Shown here: one piece after another, positions 38,640 to 49,103 of the stretch
Numbering within the stretch: position 1 is the first letter of the stretch
How the letters are laid out: each line of letters opens with the position of its first letter
Assembly (NCBI GenBank): GCA_040285745.1
Contig: JAUFOR010000003.1
Span: forward strand, 124,001 to 188,000
Direction: 5' to 3'
Source: Barthelona sp. PCE
Lineage: Eukaryota
DNA: 64,000 bases
Made by a program: the position numbers and the translations under genes
Notes under the pieces: generated by a model
What the model saw: the letters and a program-made list of their open reading frames with translations, nothing else
What the model was told of the DNA's origin: nothing
The model's database searches: none

Positions 38640-40946
38640 TTACTGGCGCAGAGCTTCATCTACTACTGCAGCAAGCGTAGGAGCGGCCAAAATCTCTTCA
38701 TCTAAGTTGCTAACTAAATGTACAGTGGCACGTGAAACGATTTTTTCGCTTTCAACCATAAACAACATAAGTAAATCACCAACCTGTTCTTGACAGACCT
38801 TTGAACCGTCAGGATAAATTAAAGGCAGCACATTTCTCAAAGTAGGGAAACACTTAACAAACTCATCAGGAAAATGCATTGCACAATTCTTAACAGCCTC
38901 AATACTATACTGCAATACAAATTCATCCGCTAAACCAATGAGAACAAACTCCTTCAACGAGTGAATTAGCTCAACAAAGTAGTTGTTAAGCATCGTATCG
39001 TTGTGAACATTTTGACTGCTGTGAATAAGCATGTTGAAAAACTCAAAGTGTTCGGGATCGAACCTGGGGAGGTTGAGATCTGAAACGTACTGTGAGAAAC
39101 CACAAATCATACTGTTGATATCCCATACATCGCAAATGGGTGCCAAGTCTTCAAGGCCGGGCGGGGGTGGAAGATCACCAAAAAGCTGACGACGGATGGA
39201 ACCGTCATAATTGAGAACGTTCTGCACAAACATTGCGAGACACCATGCGCGCGAAGATGCGGCAAGAGCCAAGGCATAGCAGTTTGAAAATAGAACTGGG
39301 AGAGTTGTCTCCTCGGTGATCATCACCCTCAGCAGATTCTCGAGCTTTGGACTCAAGGGATCAGTCTGAGGAAGGTAGTTGAGCAGCGATCCAACAAGAA
39401 TCATGAGTCGGGACCGGACGAGGTAGAACTCATCCTCAGCGAATGCGCTGAACCGTTTAAACAGCTTGGACACCATTGTGGGCAGATGAGGAGTCAAGGA
39501 TGTGAGGATTGCCAGTGATGATGCACGTGCATAAGGATTAGGTGAGCGTAGACCAATGACAGAGAAGTAAGTGTACAGATCCGCGGATTCAGGCGTCCCA
39601 ATTAGTGGGTCGTTAGCGATTAGTGCTGATAGAAGGATCAAGAAATCCGGTAACTGATTAGACTTGTACATGAGCTGCAGAATCGAGTTTCTGATTGTTG
39701 GTTGTGCTGGGAAGTAGCCACCAAACAAAATTCCGGCAATGCGCATCAGGGCGCTCTCGTTAACAAAGCCAGGTATCAAGATATCCTTTAAGTATGCTGT
39801 GGTTAATGCTGGTCCTTCGATTTTTGTGAGGGTCTCGCCCATCTCCCTAAGGAAAACGCTGTACTTCATTGTGATGTTACAGATCTGGTTATATCTCTTC
39901 AGGATACTTTTTACCATTGAGAAAACTGTGTAAAAAGAAGAAGGTTGGGTGCAAGATAATGCCAGAGTCTCAAGACGACCGTTGAAAGCTGACAAGATAG
40001 AGTCGTGCTCCTCCTCGGTTAATTCAGACGACCTCTTGATATAAACATCAATCAAAGGTTCATTCGTTGATGAGAAGAAAGGAGCCAACACATCTTCGAT
40101 GATCTGACTGGCTGCCGGGTATGAAGCCATCGAAGAGTGCTTCATTGTGGAGCCGGGGCGCTCTCCAATTGTCTGTGAAGTACGTCTGCTGACTGTTGAT
40201 GACTGGTGCTCCATTTTCGATCCTGCTCTGCTCTCCATGTCAACTACACTGTTCATGTCCTCAACGTACTGCTTGATCTGGTCGTTTGATGTCTCCACAT
40301 CACGCACCATGACACCACTAACGAGCCCAGAAAGGTCAGGTTGCTTAGTGCTTGATGTTGCCTGTAATGCGTGGATTCCAACCTTTGCGTGTCGCATAGA
40401 TTGGCGTGCAAGATAGCCCTTCTCAATGTCAATTTCCTTCATTGTCTTTCTCTGCTCCTCGTGTTGCTGCATAATAGTGTTGGCAAGTGACCTTTCGTCA
40501 ACTGAACCATCTGCCTCTCTGCGCAGCTTTGAGTTGACGTCCTTCATCTTTGACACAGTCGTATCACGTGTGAAACTGGGCTGAATGCCTTCAACGTCCG
40601 GTGGTACACTTCGAGATGGTGCTTGTCTTCTAGTAAGATATGAATAAACATTATTGATCATCTCGAGGTATGCAAAGCCACGCGAGTACACCACGTCATC
40701 TATAAGGTCATCAGGAATAGGAATAGCCTTCTTCTTAAAGAAACGTTTCATTTGATTCCAATTATCCTTCTTTCTTTGCAATGCTGTGCCGTTATCATAA
40801 CTGTGCATGCTGACATCACCTGGGAAATATCGAGAAAAGATCTCTGCAACCATAAATCCATTGCTGAAGTCACGCTTGACGTTTTTTACGGGATAGCTTA
40901 AGTCTAGTGATTGTATCCACTTAAGAACCTCTCTGGCTAAACTCAT
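38640..40946 (-). CDS. SPATA4/SPEF1-like CH-domain flagellar protein with helical C-terminus
   Basis: MSLAREVLKWIQSLDLSYPVKNVKRDFSNGFMVAEIFSRY...KKDNW is the SPATA4/SPEF1 CH signature. Likely ATG at 40946. Confidence 0.85.
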   Translation of the reverse strand: MSLAREVLKWIQSLDLSYPVKNVKRDFSNGFMVAEIFSRYFPGDVSMHSYDNGTALQRKKDNWNQMKRFFKKKAIPIPDDLIDDVVYSRGFAYLEMINNVYSYLTRRQAPSRSVPPDVEGIQPSFTRDTTVSKMKDVNSKLRREADGSVDERSLANTIMQQHEEQRKTMKEIDIEKGYLARQSMRHAKVGIHALQATSSTKQPDLSGLVSGVMVRDVETSNDQIKQYVEDMNSVVDMESRAGSKMEHQSSTVSRRTSQTIGERPGSTMKHSSMASYPAASQIIEDVLAPFFSSTNEPLIDVYIKRSSELTEEEHDSILSAFNGRLETLALSCTQPSSFYTVFSMVKSILKRYNQICNITMKYSVFLREMGETLTKIEGPALTTAYLKDILIPGFVNESALMRIAGILFGGYFPAQPTIRNSILQLMYKSNQLPDFLILLSALIANDPLIGTPESADLYTYFSVIGLRSPNPYARASSLAILTSLTPHLPTMVSKLFKRFSAFAEDEFYLVRSRLMILVGSLLNYLPQTDPLSPKLENLLRVMITEETTLPVLFSNCYALALAASSRAWCLAMFVQNVLNYDGSIRRQLFGDLPPPPGLEDLAPICDVWDINSMICGFSQYVSDLNLPRFDPEHFEFFNMLIHSSQNVHNDTMLNNYFVELIHSLKEFVLIGLADEFVLQYSIEAVKNCAMHFPDEFVKCFPTLRNVLPLIYPDGSKVCQEQVGDLLMLFMVESEKIVSRATVHLVSNLDEEILAAPTLAAVVDEALRQ

Positions 40947-41115
40947 TATGTAGTAAAAAAATGTGTAAGATGTGAAAAACGAGAATACATCTATAAAAAT
41001 TCCATTCATCACCATATCTAATGTTCAGTGCGGCGTATAAACGTAAGTGCAGACAATGCCCAACTTCATCAAAGGTGTAGCATGTTTCTCTTTTGTTTTC
41101 CTTCTTTAAATATGC

Positions 41116-41565
41116 ATGACCGTTAGGGAGTACTATTCTTCATATTCTTCACGAGCTCACGTGGGCACAAAGCACCTGAAGACTTTTATTGAGTTAATGC
41201 ACGAATATGTGTTACTATCAAGAAACCCTCATAGAGAGCATGCTATTCACATTCCTTTAATGGCTCAAATCGCGAAGCAGCACCTCGAGGAAAGCCTTGG
41301 ACAATGCCTGGCTCAGTTGGACAATGTCTATTCAGAGTTGGCTAATTTTCGTCAACCATTTATCGAGTTAGGAGCTTCAAAAGAGTTTTTGAGGGCGCTG
41401 GAACTTGATTTGCACACCCGCAAATTCATCATCGAACACTTAACAAAATGTTTTGAAGATGGAGTTCTCTTTTCTGAAGATACTGAGACGTTCTTGCTTC
41501 CTTCATGGACTCTCCGAGTGCACTTCATCGATGTACCTGATTTGTTCATTGAGGAGCGCACTTGA
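41116..41565 (+). CDS. Hypothetical helical protein
   Basis: 149-aa ATG ORF that fills the gap, with coding-like composition. Confidence 0.6.
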   Translation: MTVREYYSSYSSRAHVGTKHLKTFIELMHEYVLLSRNPHREHAIHIPLMAQIAKQHLEESLGQCLAQLDNVYSELANFRQPFIELGASKEFLRALELDLHTRKFIIEHLTKCFEDGVLFSEDTETFLLPSWTLRVHFIDVPDLFIEERT

Positions 41566-41638
41566 CTCTGATCAGCACCGATTGTTTAATAAATTTGTTT
41601 GTTCATAATTTACCACTTTCATTTACCGCAATGTTGTT

Positions 41639-44600
41639 ATGGATCTTATAACATCGCCAGTGAAGACACTAAACCTTAGCCGTACGCGGTTTAAGTCTGA
41701 CGCAACGTTCAGTTTTTTAAACTCAACGAATATGGGAATATCCCATATGGGTCCGAATTCACCTCCTTTTCGCAGCTACGACTTCATGAAGCAGATTATT
41801 GATCACGCTTACGATGTGCGCACCACAAAAAGACGCGTTACCTTGGAGCAAATTTTGGATAGCTACAAAGCTGTATTTTCCACAAATGGTTTTGATCCGT
41901 TGTCGGACACTTTCTATTATCGCATGATCCTGCGTATGGATCAGTCTTCTTTGAGAACATGGCGAGAGCGATTGGAAGCATTTCGTTTTGTTATCGAAGG
42001 GAAGCCTGCGGCCATCAACCACTACTTCAAAACCCTTCTAAAGAAAAGTTTCAAGGGTTGGGTGAAGGTTGCGCTTCCACAAAGAAGGAATACAGGTATT
42101 AATTTTCGAAAAAGACTTTCTATCGTGGATTCAACTCTTTCTATTGGAGATCTTGACGTAAGTTCGATTCCTGAACGTATCCCATCCACCCAGGGAAGGA
42201 CACAACGTGTTCTATCGTTCGATGCAAATACAATACCCGCTGATACAACACCAAGAATCATTATGCCTGCTTTGGAACCTGTGGGAAGTGAGTCTAAAAC
42301 ATATGTACCTCCCTCCGTCCTCAAAAGCACCCGTCTTCGAGCTAGTGTTCTGTCACAGACCACGACAATTGAGAAAGAGTTCTTGAGAACAGTTCTGATG
42401 AAGTGGCGTGATAACACCATCCCATCACCTGAGGAAGAGATCCTTGTACGCGACTTCCGCAAAAAACACACTGGCATCCAAGTTGGCAAGCACATTCGGC
42501 TCATGGCTCAGCTCATGACAGCTCATGATGCTGTTTCTGTTATGGTTAACAGAAGAACCGTCAAGAAGTATATATCCCAGTGGCGTGTGATGATTTTCGG
42601 AACAACCCACTCTGATGTAACTGATTTGATGAGAGAGAAGTTTGAATGCCTTCGTTGTATTTGTGCACTTCAATATGATGATGATCTTGATGATACCAGT
42701 GCTCTTTGCATCAAAAAACAATTCTTCAAAGGTCTACGCGCCATCAACACTAAGGTTGATCGCCTAAACGAAACAGTTGAAAATTACATGTATGATAAAA
42801 AAGTTTCGATTTTAAGAAATGCAATATCAAAAACAAAGAAGTTATTCCGTACAAAGCTGAAGACCATTGATCAGTCAATTGACGAGTTTACCGACTTCAA
42901 GACTGTGAGTTTTATTCAGAGATGGAGAAGTAACGCCAATAGACTCAGTCTACTTTCTCAAAAATGGGATAAGAACGCCATTAACGTAGAACGGAACGTA
43001 AAAAGATCTACGGTGGCACATATGTTCGATGCTTACAGCAAGTTAGTGAAACAGCAAAAGAAAAGTGAGGACCACCATACGCGTAACGTTAAAAAGAGAG
43101 TTTTTCACCGCTATCGTTCCATATTCGCCCGCAGAACTCGCATCAACACCCTTTGTAGCGAGGCCATTGCAGCTAAAGAGCAGAAATCGTTGAAAAAAGC
43201 AATGGACACAATGCATGCGACATTTAACTACACTATTAACCTCAATTCAACCGCTCTAGTGCATATTGTCGAGCACCAGTGCGCCATCAAAGCGAACAGT
43301 GTATACCTATGGAGACTGGCAAACACGGAGCGTCTTGTGTGTCTGCACTTGAGTCAGTATAGAAAGCAGAACGTGGTCAATATGTGGAAAGAAGAGCGAA
43401 AAGAACGAAATAAGGCTACTAACGCTGCTGTTCATGTCCGCATCCGCGTATGGCGTGAGAAAACGAAGAAGGAGAAATTGATCCGCACATTCAGGACCAG
43501 TCATATTTTGAAGCATTGGAAATCCGCTCGCCGTGCTGCAATCGCAAAGAAGCGCGCGAAGTTATCAGCTGTAATCACACACATGCGCGGTGTCCATGAA
43601 GGGATATTAAAAAATCAGCGCACTGCTCAACGATTCCGTCAAAATCTCATTAAAAAGACAACAAGGAGCGCATTATCCGCCTGGAATGTGAGTTACAACG
43701 ATAAAATGACTGATAGAAAAAGATGCGCTGTGGCCGACAGATTTTATTCAGAAACCTTGTTGACCAGAACGGTATCAGTGATGATGGATGTTTACTACAC
43801 CGGTCAGAAACTCCGCTACATCACTGTGCGCCACAACCAAAGACTAGCTGCGCGTGCATTTCAGAGTTTGAAAATTGCAGTGCACCAAGGCTATGCTCTT
43901 CGGATTGCTTTTCTGCGAATCCGCCGCCGTATATACTTCGCAAAGTGCTTTAAGAAATGGCAACGTGTCCGCAACGTGCTTTCTTCTCAGTTGGAGAAGC
44001 AGCATATTGCAAGAAGAAAGCAGGTTCTAAACATGCTCATAAACGAGCATATGCACCGCCGTGTCAGAGGATTTGTAGCCTTTGAGCGTCACCGCTTACT
44101 CAAGAATGCATTCTGCGCTCTCCAAAAGAATGTTCGTATCTGCCATGACGTCAGCGCTAGATGTAATGAGCTAGTGAGAAAAATCGATTCTAAAGACTTT
44201 GTTACAATCAACAGATGCCGTAAGTTCATCACGATGCTGACCAAACCAGAGCTCTTTCTCATATTCTTTGAGTGGCGCAAACAAGCACGTATTTCTCATG
44301 ATTTAGCATGTTTGGAGGCTGCCGCAGATAATTATTATAGAAGGACAGCTGTGTCATCGTCTATCAGTACATGGCGCCTTCGCCTGAGGTACTCTCGTTT
44401 CGAAACTTCGATTGCAGTTTTCCGTGATTTGTACCTGAAGACAAGAGTAGTTGCACAGATAAAGGCCATAACCCAGTTCAATGAATACTTACGTGACCTT
44501 GAGACGCTATCACGTGTACAGTACATGAAGCAATTCGTGCCTCTCATAAGGGGATGGAAAACTCAGGCTGTCAAACAGAAGGAGCTCAGTCGTGTGGCGC

Positions 44601-46276
44601 TTGCATATCGCCAGAAGCAGTACCATGTATCAATGGGCAACGTCATCAACACGTGGCGTACGCACTTGGCCAACGTAAACGAAATCAATGATGTATGCGG
44701 GGTTTTCCTGCGTGTCAAGTATGAGGAGACTATTCGCTATCATATACACAACTGGCAGCTAGAAGCAAGACTTGTGGATCACCTAAAACAGCAGCCAGGA
44801 CGGTTAAAGAACAGAACTATTGAAACATGGCGTCTTTTAACGTTTCAAAAAATTGAGTATGCAGGCCTTGAATCACAAGTGAGAGATAAGTACAATAGCC
44901 GCGTGCTACACAATGCACTTGGGTGTTGGCGTGCTGCACTATCTGATGAGCAGGATGTTGACTTTTTTCAGACTTATCTTCGCGAGAGAGCAGTGGCTGC
45001 TGTTATAAGGCAGTGGCGTTCGCTCAATATGGCCGCTCAATACGAATCTGAGCTGGCAGTCACCGCAGACGCTGCGCTGAAGAGTAATGTCCTCTCAAGA
45101 ACTATTGCATCATGGAAGGCTGCTGTCACTCAAAAAGCAGTTCTCAAAAAGCTCCGAAAGATTCACTCCAAGATCGTTAAGGGCGACCACTTCCGTCTTT
45201 GGCGAGCTATTATTGCTAAACGGCGAGAAATGCAGAAAAAGCATGATAAATTAATTGCCTCATTCCGCCGTCGACGACTCTTCAATTACTACCGTATATG
45301 GCGTGATTTCTATGTGGCAAAAACAACTTTGGATCGCATCCGTTTGAGAGGAGCTATTAAAACGTGGAAAAAGAGTGTAGAGTTCACAGTGAAAATGACC
45401 AAAGTGTGCGATTATCTCCGAGACTTCTCTATGAAGCTTCACCGACCATACTTTGTTCATTGGCGTGCGCTCTCCTCTCTTTTCACTGAGCTTGTGCGTA
45501 TTGAACGCCAAATCAGGCATAAAAGAGAGCGGAAAATACTTTCTGATACATTTGCTACAATGATGAGCAAGCGCAGCGCCATAGTCCGCAGCCGAGATGC
45601 TGCTGATCTGTTTTACACCAACAGGGTTAAGGAGGGAATGATGGACTTCTTGAACAAGCATTTACGTCTCAGGAAGATATGGATCAACTCTGTTGTTCAG
45701 TGGAGATGCATGACTCGCCTCAAGCAGAAGATCACTGCAAGTAACCGTGTATTATTGAAGAGCGCCATGGCGAATTGGAACACCGACACAGTTAGTATTA
45801 TGGGTGCTGTGCGCCATAATGATCGTCAAATAATGCAACGTGCGTTCACTTCATTTAAGTACATGGTAGTTAAAGGCCGCCATGAGCATGAGATCAAGAA
45901 AAGGATTTTCAAAACCTTCATGCAGCTGAGGGAACTGTCACACTTAGGTGGCAGACTTAAGAAGCTGGCTGATAAGTACAGAAGAATTTCATTAAAGAGG
46001 CGGTCCATATATCTGATCAAGCGAGCCTATCGTATGCGACACAGACAACTCATTCTGGATGTATTCTGTGCGTGGAAGAGCGTCACGACGTTCAAAAAAG
46101 GGAAGCGAGCGAGGAAAAAACGCATCTATGACTTCATTGCAAAAATGGATAAAAAACGTCGAGATGAGCGTAAGAGATTGGCATTTGAATCATTCAGAAT
46201 ACGGGTTCAAATGCGCAAGCAGAAGAATCAAAGACGTGCTTCAAGGGTGTCAACCCGTTCTAAAAGAAATAAATAA
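41639..46276 (+). CDS. Sfi1-like centrin-binding repeat protein
   Basis: 1545 aa, very basic and helical, with dozens of FxxW[KR]-type repeats (SFKGWV, LMKWR, ISQWR, FKKWQ, FFEWR, FRLWR, FVHWR). Confidence 0.8.
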   Translation: MDLITSPVKTLNLSRTRFKSDATFSFLNSTNMGISHMGPNSPPFRSYDFMKQIIDHAYDVRTTKRRVTLEQILDSYKAVFSTNGFDPLSDTFYYRMILRMDQSSLRTWRERLEAFRFVIEGKPAAINHYFKTLLKKSFKGWVKVALPQRRNTGINFRKRLSIVDSTLSIGDLDVSSIPERIPSTQGRTQRVLSFDANTIPADTTPRIIMPALEPVGSESKTYVPPSVLKSTRLRASVLSQTTTIEKEFLRTVLMKWRDNTIPSPEEEILVRDFRKKHTGIQVGKHIRLMAQLMTAHDAVSVMVNRRTVKKYISQWRVMIFGTTHSDVTDLMREKFECLRCICALQYDDDLDDTSALCIKKQFFKGLRAINTKVDRLNETVENYMYDKKVSILRNAISKTKKLFRTKLKTIDQSIDEFTDFKTVSFIQRWRSNANRLSLLSQKWDKNAINVERNVKRSTVAHMFDAYSKLVKQQKKSEDHHTRNVKKRVFHRYRSIFARRTRINTLCSEAIAAKEQKSLKKAMDTMHATFNYTINLNSTALVHIVEHQCAIKANSVYLWRLANTERLVCLHLSQYRKQNVVNMWKEERKERNKATNAAVHVRIRVWREKTKKEKLIRTFRTSHILKHWKSARRAAIAKKRAKLSAVITHMRGVHEGILKNQRTAQRFRQNLIKKTTRSALSAWNVSYNDKMTDRKRCAVADRFYSETLLTRTVSVMMDVYYTGQKLRYITVRHNQRLAARAFQSLKIAVHQGYALRIAFLRIRRRIYFAKCFKKWQRVRNVLSSQLEKQHIARRKQVLNMLINEHMHRRVRGFVAFERHRLLKNAFCALQKNVRICHDVSARCNELVRKIDSKDFVTINRCRKFITMLTKPELFLIFFEWRKQARISHDLACLEAAADNYYRRTAVSSSISTWRLRLRYSRFETSIAVFRDLYLKTRVVAQIKAITQFNEYLRDLETLSRVQYMKQFVPLIRGWKTQAVKQKELSRVALAYRQKQYHVSMGNVINTWRTHLANVNEINDVCGVFLRVKYEETIRYHIHNWQLEARLVDHLKQQPGRLKNRTIETWRLLTFQKIEYAGLESQVRDKYNSRVLHNALGCWRAALSDEQDVDFFQTYLRERAVAAVIRQWRSLNMAAQYESELAVTADAALKSNVLSRTIASWKAAVTQKAVLKKLRKIHSKIVKGDHFRLWRAIIAKRREMQKKHDKLIASFRRRRLFNYYRIWRDFYVAKTTLDRIRLRGAIKTWKKSVEFTVKMTKVCDYLRDFSMKLHRPYFVHWRALSSLFTELVRIERQIRHKRERKILSDTFATMMSKRSAIVRSRDAADLFYTNRVKEGMMDFLNKHLRLRKIWINSVVQWRCMTRLKQKITASNRVLLKSAMANWNTDTVSIMGAVRHNDRQIMQRAFTSFKYMVVKGRHEHEIKKRIFKTFMQLRELSHLGGRLKKLADKYRRISLKRRSIYLIKRAYRMRHRQLILDVFCAWKSVTTFKKGKRARKKRIYDFIAKMDKKRRDERKRLAFESFRIRVQMRKQKNQRRASRVSTRSKRNK

Positions 46277-46289
46277 TTCGAGTTATTTA

Positions 46290-48950
46290 CTAGCAGTTAT
46301 TCACAAACCTTTTGATACTCGTACCTAAGCCCTGGCACACTCCCTGTGTGTGTGCTCTGATACGTACAATACCCTTAATGAAGCTGTCTTCAGTACAATC
46401 GATCGACACATTCATCATTGCATGATCGTTATAGATGGAAAGTGAGCTGAAATTCACACATAGTAACTGATCGATCTCAACGGTGTCCAAGTCGTCAAGT
46501 ATTGACATGTTTAATGAAGCACCCAAGTTCTTAACAAAGGTAGTAAGCGTATCTGTTGTGAAATTCCTGAAAACAACACGGTTCTCCCAGCCAGCCGAAG
46601 CCCATTTGCGTCGGAAGTCACCATTGGAGATGAAGTGTGGCCTGAGGAATTCGACTAAATCAATTCTGTAACAATCCAGTACAAGAGAGTCCTCCATCTG
46701 GAAGTCGATTGAGCCAAAGATGCATCCTGCCTCGGTCGAAGAGATGATGATTTCGCAGTCAACCAAGACGCTGGCGCCCTTTTTCAGTGAGTAAGGCTTG
46801 TTAGGGGCTGCGATCTTGACATCACCGTTACCAATGAGATCAATGTAGAAATTGTTGATTGTAGCGTCGCTAGTGTTATACACAAACAACTTAAGCTCGC
46901 TACTGACATCAGTGATGCGTAGAATGCACTCTACGTAAAGTTTATCATCGCTACCAGTCATAACACGCGTGTTCCACGTAGAAGCTTCTTCTTGTAATGA
47001 TCCCATCACGGAGCTCTTTGTTTGGACGGTACGGAACGCATATGGCTCGTCGTTCTCTTCCCCAAGGAATACAGCACGTGAAAATTTGCTCTGCTTCTTC
47101 TTGAGAAGGTTGGAATCATCAACACCTTCAATAAAGTTGATCGAGTCAAAGGTTCTGTGTTCTGGGGAGTTAGGCTTCAAAAAGAGCAGGTGCAGGCACG
47201 TCTTAACTCGTGGAACCTCAACATTATCTTTCACTGTCTTCAGAACATTTAGAAGAAGTAAAACGATCTTAGAGTGACATGTGGGGCATTTCTGGGCGCA
47301 GTACAGTGGAAGGACGAGCTTTGTGAGTGCAACACATAGTGCAGCACACATATCAAAATCGCTTGACGGGTCTGCAATGACTGCGCTCAAGTCAACCTTC
47401 TTAGAACTCTTCTTGCTAACCTCACGTTGGACGTACGATCCGTCCTTGGCAATACGGACAGTGGAGCTCACGTCAGGCGTCTCCTCGTCGTCTACCTCAG
47501 GCTCATCGGTGTCGGCCAGGCCAAGAACCTTCTCGATGGAGATGATTTTGAACAACTTCTTCAGGCAGTCCTCCACGCTGTCAAAATCGGCAACGCAGAA
47601 CCTACTTATCGTGAACAGAACACTCTTGAGAACGTTCCTGTCACTGATGCTGGACAGCTGCTCGGTTAACGAAAGCGCAACCTTGACACCCAGTTCGGGG
47701 TTCTTCTGAGCAACAACGTTGATAATGGAGCATGCCTCGTGCGCAAGGGTGCTGTTGCTGTCATAAACAAACGAACAGACCAGATCATCAATGTTAACAA
47801 CGCTCTCTGGTGCAATGTCTGTGATCTTACGGAGACAATCAAACATTAGCATACAGTAGCTCACCATCTTTTCGTCTCTCTTCTTCTCTGGTGTCGACAG
47901 AATAGTTGAAAGCTCTGACTTCAACGTGCTGACCAAAAACACTGCGTTTCCGGGGCTTATAAGGTTGAATATCAGATTCAAGACATCGTCGCGGAGCGCA
48001 AGGGGTACCGAGCGCAGCGAACGGACAAGGCCGACAGCTGACTGCTTGAGCTTATCGCCGTATCTGGAGTAGATCTCTGACAATCTCTGGATAACGCGTG
48101 CCTTCATCGAAGAGTCGCTCTGTTTCGCCATCAAGATATCAATATATGTTTGTGACGCGTTCTCGATGAGCTCGCTGGTGGGACTCAAGGAGATTAGAGC
48201 TTCAACAGATTCAATTCTAATGTTCTCGTTGTCTGACTGAAGCAAGACATGTAGGGTCTTTGCAGCGGCGTTTCTCTGGGGAGGACTGAGCATATTGGAG
48301 TGCAGGTGTTTCTTTGTCATCTGGACAATTGCTGAAGCGAGCGTGAAATCATTCATGAAGTTCCTCACATTTGCGCTCATCAACTTGAATGCAATTGAAG
48401 GGTTCTCTGCGAGCACGAAGCTGTACAACAGACGCTTGATGTTACTGTCGCTCTCCTTCTGTAATAATTCAAACAAAATTTCGTCTGCGCCCGTGAACAG
48501 ATCAGGATACCGATCGACAATGGCGATGAATGCCGCCACTGCATGCTGCCTAACATATGCGCTCGAGTCCTCTACACGTTCAAGAACGGCAATGAGTGTA
48601 TGTCTGGCGATCTCCTTCGACTCAACTCGACCTACAAAACGCATTGCAAATACCGCAACGTACTCGTTAATCGAACGGATGTCCTCATTAAGGCCCTCAC
48701 AAAGGAGAGCTTCTTGTGCACCCATAGAATCGATATGTTTCTCAAGAAAAAGAAAACTGACTTGCTTCAGGTCTTTATCAAGGATGTTGGGGAAGATAGT
48801 CTGCAGGAATTTGTTCGCTATGGTTGTATCTGTGGTCTTCCTGTTGAGGAGACCAGTCAGACCTTCTAATTTATCGATGCTATCACCATCGAACAGCTCT
48901 ATTACCTCCTTGCCCGGGATTACGGCTAGCTTGGGGATGTCAAAAGTCAT
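46290..48950 (-). CDS. COPB1: Coatomer subunit beta (beta-COP), divergent
   Basis: DIRSINEYV, SSAYVRQHAV, AKDGSYVQ, MTGSDDKLYVEC, FRRKWASAGWENRV, VRIRAHTQGVCQGLG. First ATG at 48950. Confidence 0.9.
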   Translation of the reverse strand: MTFDIPKLAVIPGKEVIELFDGDSIDKLEGLTGLLNRKTTDTTIANKFLQTIFPNILDKDLKQVSFLFLEKHIDSMGAQEALLCEGLNEDIRSINEYVAVFAMRFVGRVESKEIARHTLIAVLERVEDSSAYVRQHAVAAFIAIVDRYPDLFTGADEILFELLQKESDSNIKRLLYSFVLAENPSIAFKLMSANVRNFMNDFTLASAIVQMTKKHLHSNMLSPPQRNAAAKTLHVLLQSDNENIRIESVEALISLSPTSELIENASQTYIDILMAKQSDSSMKARVIQRLSEIYSRYGDKLKQSAVGLVRSLRSVPLALRDDVLNLIFNLISPGNAVFLVSTLKSELSTILSTPEKKRDEKMVSYCMLMFDCLRKITDIAPESVVNIDDLVCSFVYDSNSTLAHEACSIINVVAQKNPELGVKVALSLTEQLSSISDRNVLKSVLFTISRFCVADFDSVEDCLKKLFKIISIEKVLGLADTDEPEVDDEETPDVSSTVRIAKDGSYVQREVSKKSSKKVDLSAVIADPSSDFDMCAALCVALTKLVLPLYCAQKCPTCHSKIVLLLLNVLKTVKDNVEVPRVKTCLHLLFLKPNSPEHRTFDSINFIEGVDDSNLLKKKQSKFSRAVFLGEENDEPYAFRTVQTKSSVMGSLQEEASTWNTRVMTGSDDKLYVECILRITDVSSELKLFVYNTSDATINNFYIDLIGNGDVKIAAPNKPYSLKKGASVLVDCEIIISSTEAGCIFGSIDFQMEDSLVLDCYRIDLVEFLRPHFISNGDFRRKWASAGWENRVVFRNFTTDTLTTFVKNLGASLNMSILDDLDTVEIDQLLCVNFSSLSIYNDHAMMNVSIDCTEDSFIKGIVRIRAHTQGVCQGLGTSIKRFVNNC

Positions 48951-49103
48951 CAACAACCTGTAATGCGTGAATTGAGTAGCAATCCAAAAAACAATTTTCC
49001 CAAACTTCAACAATGATTTCTAACCCTCGATGGATCATACAAGCCACACGATGCCTCAAAGGCAAATGAAAACTTATCAAAAACGTTCTAAACTGAATAT
49101 TTA

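Noticed and set aside
32617-38642. Possible AATTTA target-site duplication around cassette 2
   Set aside because: Short AT-rich match, and the equivalent positions of cassette 1 (TTTCTG vs AGCTTG) are not duplicated.
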